Assembly: GCA_963771155.1 (NCBI GenBank)
Contig: CAVYSK010000018.1
Span: forward strand, 7,302 to 71,301
DNA length: 64,000 nucleotides
Direction of reading: 5' to 3'
Origin: an uncultured Chloroflexia bacterium
GTDB lineage: Bacteria > Chloroflexota > Limnocylindria > QHBO01
Shown one piece after another: positions 47,804-57,012 of the stretch. The position numbers and the translations under genes are program-made. How positions within the stretch are numbered: the stretch's first letter is position 1; each line of letters begins with the position of its first letter. Below the pieces are notes generated by a model, which ran no database searches, was not told the DNA's origin, and saw only the letters and a list, made by a program, of their open reading frames with translations.

Positions 47804-48576
47804 CCGACAACGAACTGCCCGACTCGATCGCCGCCAACGTCGCGGAGTGGTCGGAAACGAACGCCCAGTTCACCGATGCCCAGGCCGAGCGGGCCTGGGC
47901 CCCGCAGGAGATCGCATGGGGCGTGTTCCAGGTTCGCGAGGCGGACATCGGGTCGCCGCTGGGCGAGGTGGACGGCCTCGACGTCGTGGAGCTCGGCTGC
48001 GGGACGGCGTACTTCTCCGCCCAGCTGGCGCAGCGAGGTGCCCGGCCTGTGGGCGTCGACCCGACGCCGGCGCAGCTCGACACGGCGCGGCGGATGATGG
48101 ATGCCACCGGCATCCATTTCCCGTTGGTCGAGGCGCCCGGCGAGCGCGTCCCGCTCCCCGACGACAGCTTCGACCTCGCGATTTCCGAATTCGGCGCTTC
48201 CCTGTGGGCCGATCCCGCCCTGTGGGTACCCGAGGCCACCCGCCTCCTCAGACCCGGTGGGCGGCTCGTGTTCCTGACGAACTCGTTCATCAACTACCTG
48301 TGCGGCATCGACGAGGGCGGAACCTCCGAGACCCTCCAGCGGCCGCAGTTCGGCGCGTACCGGATCCAGTGGGCGAACGAGTCGGGAGTCGAATACCACC
48401 TGGCCCACGGCGACTGGATCGACCTGCTGCGGGCGAGCGGGTTCGAGATCGAACGCCTCATCGAGCTCGCGGCGCCGCCCGGGGCAACGAAGCACGAGTT
48501 CTACGACTACGTCACCCCCGAGTGGGCGCGCCAGTGGCCGGCCGAGGAGATCTGGGTCGCGCGCCTCCGCGGGTGA
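47800..48576 (+). CDS. Class I SAM-dependent methyltransferase
   Basis: ATGA overlap with the upstream stop. VVELGCGTAYFS motif I and LRPGGRLVFL. Confidence 0.7.
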   Translation: MTDNELPDSIAANVAEWSETNAQFTDAQAERAWAPQEIAWGVFQVREADIGSPLGEVDGLDVVELGCGTAYFSAQLAQRGARPVGVDPTPAQLDTARRMMDATGIHFPLVEAPGERVPLPDDSFDLAISEFGASLWADPALWVPEATRLLRPGGRLVFLTNSFINYLCGIDEGGTSETLQRPQFGAYRIQWANESGVEYHLAHGDWIDLLRASGFEIERLIELAAPPGATKHEFYDYVTPEWARQWPAEEIWVARLRG

Positions 48577-48621
48577 CGACGGTCAGCGCATTTACGTCTA
48601 GACGACCGGCACGAAGGACTT

Positions 48622-49452
48622 TCAAGGGCCGAAATCGACGATCGTGTCGCGGCGATACATCCTGCCGAGCACCGCGACGAGGACCGCCATCCCCATCGCG
48701 ACGATGCTGCGGAGCACCCACGACAGCTCGGGGTCCACTTCTCGGAAGAGCGGAACGACTCCGTTGAGCCCGGCGTGCACGAGCCCGGTCAGCAGGACGC
48801 TCCCACCCGTACCGACGAAGATCCAGGTGAGGATGACCGAGTAGCTGAACAGCGTGACGACCCCAGGAACCACGGCCAATCCTTCGTTGATCGAGCCGGG
48901 CACGAGCATCAACGGCAGATGCAGGATCGTCCATGGCACCGCCAGGACGATGGCGGCCGCCAGCGGGGACATGAACGGCAGCAGGCGGGGGACGGCGAAC
49001 CCGCGCCAGGCGAGCTCCTCGGCGAATCCCGGAATCAGCACCACGAGGATGACGATCACGATCGAGGGATCCACGCCGGCGAAGATGCCCGCGCTCGGCT
49101 CGCCGACTAAGACAGCGAGGAACACGACGCCGAGTGCCCACACGACCGGCACGAGAAGGACGAGGTACCACCGCGCGTCGCTCGGGAGCGTGGTCAACGT
49201 CCGGAACAGCCGGCGTATGGCGCCATTGCCCTCCCGCCATGCAACCGCGACTGCAACGACGAGCGGCCCAAGGGCGAGCATGAACGGCGACAGATCCGTT
49301 GGGATCGCCGGGAGGAAGGCGATCGCGGCAAGGATCAGGCAGATGCCGACGAACCAGGAGACCGATGCGAGCCCGCGGCGATCCTCGGCCGGATCCGCGG
49401 CTGCACCCCGCCCGATGACGGGTGGTGGCAGCGCATCGGGCTTCAGGGCCAT
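48622..49452 (-). CDS. CPBP (CAAX) family intramembrane glutamic endopeptidase
   Basis: GFAEELAWRGF (EExxxR) and VHAGLN motifs in a multi-pass membrane protein. Confidence 0.7.
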   Translation of the reverse strand: MALKPDALPPPVIGRGAAADPAEDRRGLASVSWFVGICLILAAIAFLPAIPTDLSPFMLALGPLVVAVAVAWREGNGAIRRLFRTLTTLPSDARWYLVLLVPVVWALGVVFLAVLVGEPSAGIFAGVDPSIVIVILVVLIPGFAEELAWRGFAVPRLLPFMSPLAAAIVLAVPWTILHLPLMLVPGSINEGLAVVPGVVTLFSYSVILTWIFVGTGGSVLLTGLVHAGLNGVVPLFREVDPELSWVLRSIVAMGMAVLVAVLGRMYRRDTIVDFGP

Positions 49453-49531
49453 CGGTCAATTCTCCCCGCTCGGATGGCCATCGTGCGCCCATCGGCGGGT
49501 CTTGGCTATGGCCCGGTCCCGTTCGGGGTGA

Positions 49532-50221
49532 CTACGTCCCGTACTCGACGTGCAATTCACCCACACCATCGATGTGCCCCTCGAGCACATCCCCCGGTAC
49601 GACCCGGCCTACCCCCTTCGGGGTGCCGGTCATGATCAGGTCGCCAGGCCGCAGCTCGACCAGGGTCGACAGGTAGGCGATCGTCTCGGGAACCTTCCAG
49701 ATCTGCTGCGCCAGGTTGCCCTCCTGCCGCGGCTCGCCGTTCACGCGCAGCCAGATCGCGCCCGCCGAAGGGTGCCCGATCTCCTCGGCGCGCCGCAGCA
49801 TCCCCATCGGCGCCGATCGGTCGAAGCCCTTGCCCATGTCCCACGGCCGGCCCATCTCCTTGGCCGCGGTCTGGAGGTCGCGCCGGGTCATGTCGAGGCC
49901 GATCGTGTAGCCGTAGATCCGTTCCAGTGACGCCTCGACCGGGATGTCCGTCCCGCCCTCGCGCAGCGCGACGGCGAGCTCGACCTCGTGGTGCAGGTCA
50001 TCTGTGGCGGACGGGAAGGGGAGCCGGCCGCCGCCCGGCACGACCGCAGTGGCGGGCTTCATGAAGAAGAACGGCGGCTCGCGGTCAGGGTCGTGGCCCA
50101 TCTCGACGGCATGCTCGGCGTAGTTGCGGCCGACGCAGAAGACACGGAGCACGGGGAAGACGGCATCGGATCCGTCGATCCGGAGGGTGACCGGCGGCGC
50201 CGGCGAGATCGCGTAGTTCAT
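49532..50221 (-). CDS. Fumarylacetoacetate hydrolase (FAH) family protein
   Basis: CVGRNYAEHAVEMG, HHEVELAVAL, GDLIMTGTPKGVG. Confidence 0.75.
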   Translation of the reverse strand: MNYAISPAPPVTLRIDGSDAVFPVLRVFCVGRNYAEHAVEMGHDPDREPPFFFMKPATAVVPGGGRLPFPSATDDLHHEVELAVALREGGTDIPVEASLERIYGYTIGLDMTRRDLQTAAKEMGRPWDMGKGFDRSAPMGMLRRAEEIGHPSAGAIWLRVNGEPRQEGNLAQQIWKVPETIAYLSTLVELRPGDLIMTGTPKGVGRVVPGDVLEGHIDGVGELHVEYGT

Positions 50222-50238
50222 CGGTCCTTTCTGCTCAG

Positions 50239-50991
50239 TCAGCGGCTGGTGGCGTAGGCGGCGACGCGCCGCTCGTAGAAGCCCACCGCCTCGGAGAGGG
50301 CGAAGGCAAAGGCGAAGACGATGATCATCAGCGCCCAGAACTCGGCCATCAGGAAGCCACGCGAGTAGCGTTCGAACAGGTAGCCGATGCCGACGATGGC
50401 GATAAGCAGCTGCCCGATGATCACGCCTTTCACGCCGCGGATGAGCCCGAGTCGGACGCCGGCCAGGATCTCCGGCAACGCCGCAGGGAGGACGATCTTC
50501 CTGACCTCCTGGCTGCGGCTGGCGCCGAACGATCGGCCCATCTCGAGCAGCGAGGTGCTGACGCTCGCGACGCCGACCTGGGTGTCGAGCGCGATGACCC
50601 AGACCGAGAAGAGAAAGACCGTGACGATCATCGTCGGCAGGCCGAATCCCAGCAGCGCCATCATCGCCGGCACGATGGCGGTCAGCGGCGAGCTCTCGAA
50701 GATGTTCGCCCACATCCCCAGCACATCCCCGACTGCCTTCACGCGGCCCATCAGGAATCCCGCGCCGATGCCGAGGACCAGCGACAGCGCCATGCCGATG
50801 AGGAAGGCCTGCAGCGTGATCAACGCCGCCTCCGCGAAGCGGTCCGAGGTCACCACCGAGCCGAGTGCGGCCAGGACGTCGGTGAACGGCGGGATGAGAA
50901 AGATGATGTCCAGTTGGCCGACGATCTCCCAGATGACGAACCAGACCAGCAGGGAGAGCACCATCGGCACGCGGTGGCCGGCAATGGTCAC
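50239..50991 (-). CDS. ABC transporter permease (NitT/TauT-like)
   Basis: 250 aa, 6 TM segments, with an EAA-like loop (SFGASRSQEVRKIVLPAALPEILAGVRL). Confidence 0.7.
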   Translation of the reverse strand: MTIAGHRVPMVLSLLVWFVIWEIVGQLDIIFLIPPFTDVLAALGSVVTSDRFAEAALITLQAFLIGMALSLVLGIGAGFLMGRVKAVGDVLGMWANIFESSPLTAIVPAMMALLGFGLPTMIVTVFLFSVWVIALDTQVGVASVSTSLLEMGRSFGASRSQEVRKIVLPAALPEILAGVRLGLIRGVKGVIIGQLLIAIVGIGYLFERYSRGFLMAEFWALMIIVFAFAFALSEAVGFYERRVAAYATSR

Positions 50992-51832
50992 GACGCCGCC
51001 TCGGCCGGTGCGCGCATGTCTTCCTCGGCGTAGGTCTTCAGCTCGCTCCAGATATCCTCGACCGCGTCGAGGTAGGGCTGACTGCGGCGGATCTCGTCCG
51101 GCGTGCCGTCTCGGGGATCTCCGGCCGCACCATCTTGGTCACGCGACCCGGGCCGCGGGTCAGGATCACGATCTGGTCGCTGACGTAGACGGCTTCCTCG
51201 ATCGAGTGGGTCACGAACAGGACCGTCTTTCGCTCGTCGGCGAGCAGCAGCAACAGGTCTTCCTGGAAGGTGCGGCGAATCTGCTCGTCGACCGAGGCGA
51301 ACGGCTCGTCCATGAGCAGGATGTCGGCATTCACCGCCAGCGCCCGGGCCAGCCCGACCCGCTGGCGCATCCCGCCTGACAGCTGATGCGGGTAGTGGTG
51401 CTCGAATCCCGCCAGTCCCGCCTTGGTCACGTATTCGCGCGCCGTCGCCTCGCGCTCGGCCTTCGGCACCCCGCGCAGCTCCAGCCCGAAGGCGGCGTTG
51501 CGCAGCACCGTTGCCCACGGCAGCAGGGCGAAGTCCTGGAACACGAACGCGCGCTCCGGACCGGGCCCAGTGACGGCTTGCCCCTCGACGATCACCTGCC
51601 CCGCGGTCGCCGGGATCAGCCCGGCCACGATCTTGAGCGTCGTCGTCTTTCCGCAACCGCTTGGTCCGATGAGGGTCGTCAGCTGGCCTGGAGGCACGTC
51701 GAAGGTGACCCCTTCCAGGGCGCGGGTTCCGCCCGGGAAGTCCTTGGTGAGATCCACCACGCGCACAGCCGGCTCGCCGGCTGCATCGGTCAGTGCCTTG
51801 CGCTCAGTCGTTGCGGACGTCGTATCGGTCAT
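50988..51832 (-). CDS. ABC transporter ATP-binding protein. One frame break near ~51110.
   Basis: GPSGCGKTT, LSGGMRQRVGLARAL, LLMDEP. ATGA overlaps at both ends. The C-terminal 45 aa (DGTPDEIRRSQPYLDAVEDIW...) are in the 50988..51656 frame. Confidence 0.8.
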
Positions 51833-52653
51833 GGCGAACGCAGCTCCGGGCGGAACAGTCGGTGCTCCAGCCGTTGGAGCAGGGTGATGGTGACGCTGGC
51901 GACCAGGATGATCGACAGGATCGCGGCGTACATGTGGTCGTACTCGGCCTGCGAGCGGTTGAACGTGATCAGGTCGCCGACCCCGGTGGGCGTGATCAGC
52001 AGCTCGGCCAGGATGGCGCCGGTGAACCCCTGCGCCAGACCCAGGCGCAGTCCGGCGAAGATCAGTCCGCTGGCGGCCGGCAGGATCACCTTCCAGATGC
52101 TCTGCCAGCGGCTGGCCAGGAAGGCCTCGCTCATCTCGACCAGGGACACCGGCGTGTTGCGGATGCCCCGATACGAGTTGAGCACGATCACCGGCGTGCT
52201 CAACAGCACGACGGCGAAGACCTTCGCACTGAAGCCGATGCCGTAGATGAACGTGATCAGCGGAATGATCGCCGCCGATGGTGCGGCCTGGACGATCACG
52301 AAGACCGGCAGCCCGAGCCATTCCGCCTTCGACGACAGGCCCATCGCCACACCGGCAGCAACGCCCCCCACGGCCGTGAGGGCCAGCCCGACCACCAACG
52401 GGCCGATGGTCTCCGCGTAGGCGCCGAGGAACGTACCGTCCGCGAGCATCTCGCCGAAGGCCGCCGCGGTTTCGGTGAAGCTCGGGAACGTGAGGCTGAT
52501 CGGGATCCGGCCGCCGATCTCCCACAGCGCCAGGACCGCGACGATCGAGGCGGCACGCAGCAGCGAGATGCGCGTGACCGGCGTGAAGCCACGCCAGTTG
52601 CGGGGTTGACGGGCCGCGCCGGCGGCCGGAGCGGCGAGGCCGCTGCCGGTCAC
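51829..52653 (-). CDS. ABC transporter permease (second subunit)
   Basis: 274 aa, multi-pass. Paralogous in layout to 50239..50991. Confidence 0.7.
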   Translation of the reverse strand: MTGSGLAAPAAGAARQPRNWRGFTPVTRISLLRAASIVAVLALWEIGGRIPISLTFPSFTETAAAFGEMLADGTFLGAYAETIGPLVVGLALTAVGGVAAGVAMGLSSKAEWLGLPVFVIVQAAPSAAIIPLITFIYGIGFSAKVFAVVLLSTPVIVLNSYRGIRNTPVSLVEMSEAFLASRWQSIWKVILPAASGLIFAGLRLGLAQGFTGAILAELLITPTGVGDLITFNRSQAEYDHMYAAILSIILVASVTITLLQRLEHRLFRPELRSP

Positions 52654-52677
52654 CGGTCCGTGCTCCTGGCGATCAGG

Positions 52678-53703
52678 TCAGCTGCCCCCGAGACTCTCGA
52701 GCGCGGCCTCGGATGGGGCGAGGTCCCAGAAGTCCTCGACGGCGAGGGTCGCCGGATCGCCCTCGACCTGGCCGACCAGACCGTAGAACTCGAAGTCGGT
52801 CCGCGCCGCCTCCTCGCCGCCGCAATCGGTGGTGAAGACGCCCTCTTCCGCCGCCTGCTCGTAGTAGGGGACGATCTGCTCCTCGAGCTCCGGCTCGAGG
52901 TCCTCGGCCAGGCCGAGCCGCTCCCGCTCCTCGACCACGAAGTTGGGATCCTCGACGATCGCGTTCCAGGTGTTCAGCGTCTCTTCGAGCAGCACCTGCG
53001 CGACCTCCTGGTTCCCCGCGAGCCACTCGGTGTTGGCAACGAACGCCTCATCGGTTGCGGCAACGTCGGGGAGCGGCAGCTCGTGGAACTGGTCGGGCGC
53101 CTCCTCCTGCACGAAGTTCCAGCTCGGGATGTCGAGGAATGTCGCTGCAATGTTCCCCTGCAGGAGTGCCGTGGCGCGCACCTCCGCGCCGCTCACGTAG
53201 CTGATCTCGCTGAACTCGATGTCCTCCTCCTGCTGGACCAGCAGCGCCATCGCCTCGGTGGTCGAGCCGCGCGAGTGCACCGTGAACACCTCGCCGTCTA
53301 GGGCCTGCCAATCCGGATAGGCCGCCGCGTCGACGATGGCGAAGAAGCGCGCCGTCTGGAGCTGGCAGATGAGCCGGATCGGAGCGCCGGTCTCCTGGAT
53401 CTGTGCGTACGGGGCTCCGAGCGTGACATCGGCCTGGCCACCCAGAACGGCCTCGGCGGCGAGGTCCTCCTCTGCGAACTCGGTCAGCTCGACCTCGATC
53501 CCGCGCTCGCGCACGCGTTCGAGCGCGATGAGGAGGTTGAGGGTCTCGACGCCCTCGATGTCGCCGAGCGCGACGCGGATGGTTCCCTCGGCGGTCCCGC
53601 CGGACCCGGCTGGGGCTCCATCGCTCTCACCTGGCTCGCCGTCGCCCGACGAGCAGGCCGCCAACACGAGTATGAGCGCGAACAACCAAGCGGCTAGCCT
53701 CAT
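52678..53703 (-). CDS. ABC transporter substrate-binding lipoprotein
   Basis: Lipobox LVLAACSSG. First gene of the binding protein-permease-ATPase-permease-FAH string. Substrate not inferable. Confidence 0.6.
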   Translation of the reverse strand: MRLAAWLFALILVLAACSSGDGEPGESDGAPAGSGGTAEGTIRVALGDIEGVETLNLLIALERVRERGIEVELTEFAEEDLAAEAVLGGQADVTLGAPYAQIQETGAPIRLICQLQTARFFAIVDAAAYPDWQALDGEVFTVHSRGSTTEAMALLVQQEEDIEFSEISYVSGAEVRATALLQGNIAATFLDIPSWNFVQEEAPDQFHELPLPDVAATDEAFVANTEWLAGNQEVAQVLLEETLNTWNAIVEDPNFVVEERERLGLAEDLEPELEEQIVPYYEQAAEEGVFTTDCGGEEAARTDFEFYGLVGQVEGDPATLAVEDFWDLAPSEAALESLGGS

Positions 53704-53836
53704 GGCCCACTCCCTCAAGACCGGTGCACGCTCGGGAGTGCGTTTGATTGGTGTCGGATGATTGTACGACCTCGGTTGCGGCCGCGGTCAGAGCTGCCTG
53801 GTGGCACGTGCTCGGCCGACCTTGCTCAACCGCGCG

Positions 53837-53855
53837 CGTATATACCGTATCTACT
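53837..53855. promoter_or_regulatory. Degenerate third copy of the AT-rich palindrome (CGTATAT-ACCGT-ATCTACT)
   Basis: One arm is perfect and the other matches 5/7. It lies ~120-135 nt upstream of the ABC binding-protein start on the minus strand. Confidence 0.3.
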
Positions 53856-53906
53856 CCGGCATGGGTGCACCGATCGGCGGGCTGAGCGAGGCACCGCGCC
53901 CCACCG

Positions 53907-54882
53907 TTACCTGGGCTGGACCTCGATGACCACCTTTCCGCGCGAGTGGCCCGTCTCGATCAGCTGCAGCGCCTCGGCCGTCCTGGCCAGGGGATAGGTC
54001 GACCCGATGCACGGCTGGATCGAGCCTTCGGCCGCGCGCTCGGCGAGCCATTCGAGATCCGCGTCGCTTCGGGTTCGACAGGAACCGCGTCAGCCGCTGG
54101 CTGGTGAACGGGGAGAGGACGAGCGGCCAGATCAGGCGCGCCATCAATCGCAGGCCGGTGGCGCCGGTCCCGCTGTTCAGCACCAGCGTGCCGCGCGGGA
54201 CGAGCGCGCGGCGGACCGCGGAGAGCGGCCGGTTCTCGATGTTGTCGAGGATGAGGTCGTACCGAGGGCCGCCGGCCGTGAAGTCCTCGCGGGTGTAATC
54301 GATGACGTGATCGGCGCCGAGGTAGCGCAGCATCTCCACGTTCGCCGTCGAGGTCACGCCGGTCACCTCCGCGCCCAGGACCTTGGCGATCTGGACGGCG
54401 AAGCTGCCGACGCCTCCGGACGCACCGTTGATCAGGACACGCTGGCCCGGCTGGAGCCTGCCGGCGTCCCGCAGGCCGTGGAGCGCGGCGAGGGCCGAGG
54501 TCGGGATGGCGGCCGCCTCCCTGAAGCCGATGGATGCCGGCTTGGCGACCACGAAGTCCGCCCTGGCACGCACGAGCTCGGCGCAGGTCCCGAACCCGGC
54601 GCCGAAGACCTCGTCGCCGGGGCGGAGGTGGGTGACCGCCGATCCGACTGCCTCGACCGTCCCGGCGACGTCGAGCCCGGGGACGCCGTACTTCGGCCGC
54701 CGCAGGCCGGTCGCGAACCGCACCGGGAACGGCGTGCCGAGCACGGAGAAGAGGTCACCCGGATGCACTGCGGCGGCATGGGCGCGGATGAGCACCTCGT
54801 CGTCGCCGATGACCGGCGTGGCGAGCTCCCGGAGCTCGAGAATGTCGGGTGGACCGTATCGGTCGTGGGCGATGGCCTGCAT
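53907..54882 (-). CDS. NADPH:quinone oxidoreductase / zinc-type MDR alcohol dehydrogenase family. One frame break near ~54070.
   Basis: INGASGGVGSFAVQIAK. The true C-terminus ...TGHSRGKVVIEVQPR* is recovered in another frame (stop TAA, 53907-53909). Confidence 0.75.
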
Positions 54883-54905
54883 CGGTGTCTCCAGCGTGTG
54901 GTATG

Positions 54906-54942
54906 CTTACGTCGTAAGTGTATGGCATAAACTTATGCCATA
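54906..54942. promoter_or_regulatory. Two adjacent palindromes, CTTACG-T-CGTAAG and TATGGCATAA-AC-TTATGCCATA, likely the TetR operator
   Basis: Perfect 6-bp and 10-bp arms in the AT-rich 92-nt divergent intergenic region between the quinone reductase and TetR genes. Confidence 0.55.
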
Positions 54943-54974
54943 AGCCTATGGCTGTCAAGCCGATGGAGGAGCCG

Positions 54975-55635
54975 ATGACACGGGCACAGGCGCGAAAGCC
55001 GGGCCGGCGGCCGCGCGTCAGTCGAGACCAGGTGCTCGACGCGGCGTTGGAGCTCGCCGACGAGGGCGGGCTTGCGGCGGTCACCATGGCCAGCGTCGGC
55101 GCGCGCCTGGGCGTGGAGGCGATGTCGCTGTACCGGCACATCGGCAACAAGGAGGAGATGCTCGACGGGCTGGTCGACCGCGTCTTCGCCGAGATCGAGG
55201 TGCCGAAGGACCCGCGGGACTGGCGGGACGCGATGCGCCGGCGCGCCGTCTCGGTCCACGCTGCGCTGGGGCGTCACCCGTGGGCCATCGGGCTCATGGA
55301 GTCGCGCGCGCAGCCCGGTCCGGCGACGCTCGGCGCATCACGACGCCATGGTCGGCATCCTTCTGGGCGTCGGGTTCGACGGCCGCCGGGCGACCCGGCT
55401 CTACAACCTGCTCGACAGCTACGTCTACGGCTTCGCGCTCCAGGAGGCGACGCTGCCGTTTTCCTCACCCGAGGAGATGGCAGTGGCGAGCGAGCAGATC
55501 CTGGCAGCCGTTGCCGATGCGTACCCGCACCTGGCCGCCGTCCAGCGCGAGCTCGTCGGATCGACCTTCAACTACGCCGACGAGTTCGAGGCCGGCCTCG
55601 ACATCATCCTGGGTGCGCTCCCGGATCCCGGGTAA
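54975..55635 (+). CDS. TetR-family transcriptional regulator. One frame break near ~55325.
   Basis: RBS GGAGGA plus ATG. HTH LAAVTMASVGARLGVEAMSLYRHIGNKEEML. The C-terminal half (HHDAMVGILLGVGFDG...YVYGFALQE...) is in the 55072..55635 frame. Confidence 0.8.
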
Positions 55636-55685
55636 GGCGACCTGCGGCAGGTGCGGCTCGAGCGCGATTGCGCTCCCTGCGCACA

Positions 55686-56544
55686 ATGGCCGCGATGGGC
55701 GCCATTACGAAGCGGAACCTCGACCATCCGGACGAGCTGCGGCCGCTCACGCTGAGCATCGTATCGCTGACCCATGTCGGCCTGCTCACCATCGGTCGCG
55801 GCGTCCTGGAGCCGGGCTGGCGGTGGTCCACGCACATCGGCCCGGAGATGGGGACGATGTCGTGCCCCGTGCACCACCTCCAGATCCTCCTCTCCGGCCG
55901 CTTCGCCGTGCGGATGGACGATGGCGAGGAGGTCGAGCTGATCCCGAACGATGTGGCCGATGTCCCGCCCGGACACGATGCCTGGGTGGTCGGCGACGAG
56001 CCTGCTGTCGTCCTCGACGTTTCGGGCAACATCGACCAGATCGGCCTGAGGCGTGAGCACGAGCGGATCATCACCACGCTCGTCATGACCGATATCGTCG
56101 ACTCGACGAGCACCGCCAGCCGCATCGGCGACCAGGCATGGAAGCAGGTGCTCGCCGATCACAACCGAATCGTCCGCCGCCAGTTCGCGCGATTCGACGG
56201 GACCGAGATCAACACCACCGGTGACGGGTTCCTTGCCACGTTCCACAGCGCCATCGCGGGCCTGCGCTGCGCCGCAGGCGATCCGCGACACGATCCGCGC
56301 GACCGGCATCGAGGTGCGGCTGGGCGTGCACACGGGCGAGGTCGAGGTCCTGCGCGGGGACATCGGCGGCGTGGCGGTCCACGCTGCGGCGCGGATCACG
56401 GCGCTCGCCGGACCCTCCGAGATCCTCGCGTCAGCGGTGACGGCAGGGCTGGCCGAAGGGAGCGGCGTGGTCTTCGAGGATCACGGCCGGCACGAGGTCA
56501 AGGGCCTGGATCGGCCGATCGAGGTCCTTCGCCTCGTCGGATAG
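55686..56544 (+). CDS. Cupin / class III cyclase fusion (paralog 2). One frame break near ~56275.
   Basis: Collinear with 35856..36701 and roughly two-thirds identical by eye: SCPVHHLQILLSGRFAVRMDDGEEV, VMTDIVDSTSTA, NTTGDGFLATF. The remainder (QAIRDTIRATGIEVRLGVHTGEVE...) is in the 56221..56544 frame. Confidence 0.75.
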
Positions 56545-56558
56545 GTCAGCCAGTCTGA

Positions 56559-56939
56559 CTAGCCGAGGGCGATGACGGCGCAGCACAGTGCGACGACGCC
56601 GGAGACGAGGCTCCAGATCCGCTCCGGCGGTGATCTGGAGATTGCGTTGGCGAGCACGCCGAGCGCGAAGAAGCCGGCGAGGACCCACATAGCCACGTCG
56701 AGATCGAACGGGAACCAATCCGCGTCGATGATGCCCGCGGCGGCCAGCACCACGGCCGCCATGAGCGGATAGACCACAAGGCCCACGAATGCCGATGCGA
56801 TCCTCAGCCGTGGCGGCAGCACGCCGGGATGCCGGCCGCCCCATGCCGCGGCCCCGAGCGGCGCGCCCGCCGCCAGCGCAATCTGGAAGGCGATCAGGAG
56901 GCCGATGAGCGCCACGGCGATACCGCCGGCGACGGTCAT
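56559..56939 (-). CDS. Small integral membrane protein
   Basis: 126 aa with four hydrophobic helices. No motif recognised. Confidence 0.45.
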   Translation of the reverse strand: MTVAGGIAVALIGLLIAFQIALAAGAPLGAAAWGGRHPGVLPPRLRIASAFVGLVVYPLMAAVVLAAAGIIDADWFPFDLDVAMWVLAGFFALGVLANAISRSPPERIWSLVSGVVALCCAVIALG

Positions 56940-57012
56940 GTCCGGCGACCGAGCAGGACGATGCCGCTGTCGACCGGCGCTGGCCGCGGAATCATCGTCA
57001 GGTCGCCCAGGG

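Noticed and set aside
54918-56558. 546-aa ORF spanning the TetR and cyclase regions
   Set aside because: It is a run-on through junk frames. The real genes are TetR (54975..55635, own stop in another frame) and cupin-cyclase 2 (55686..56544).
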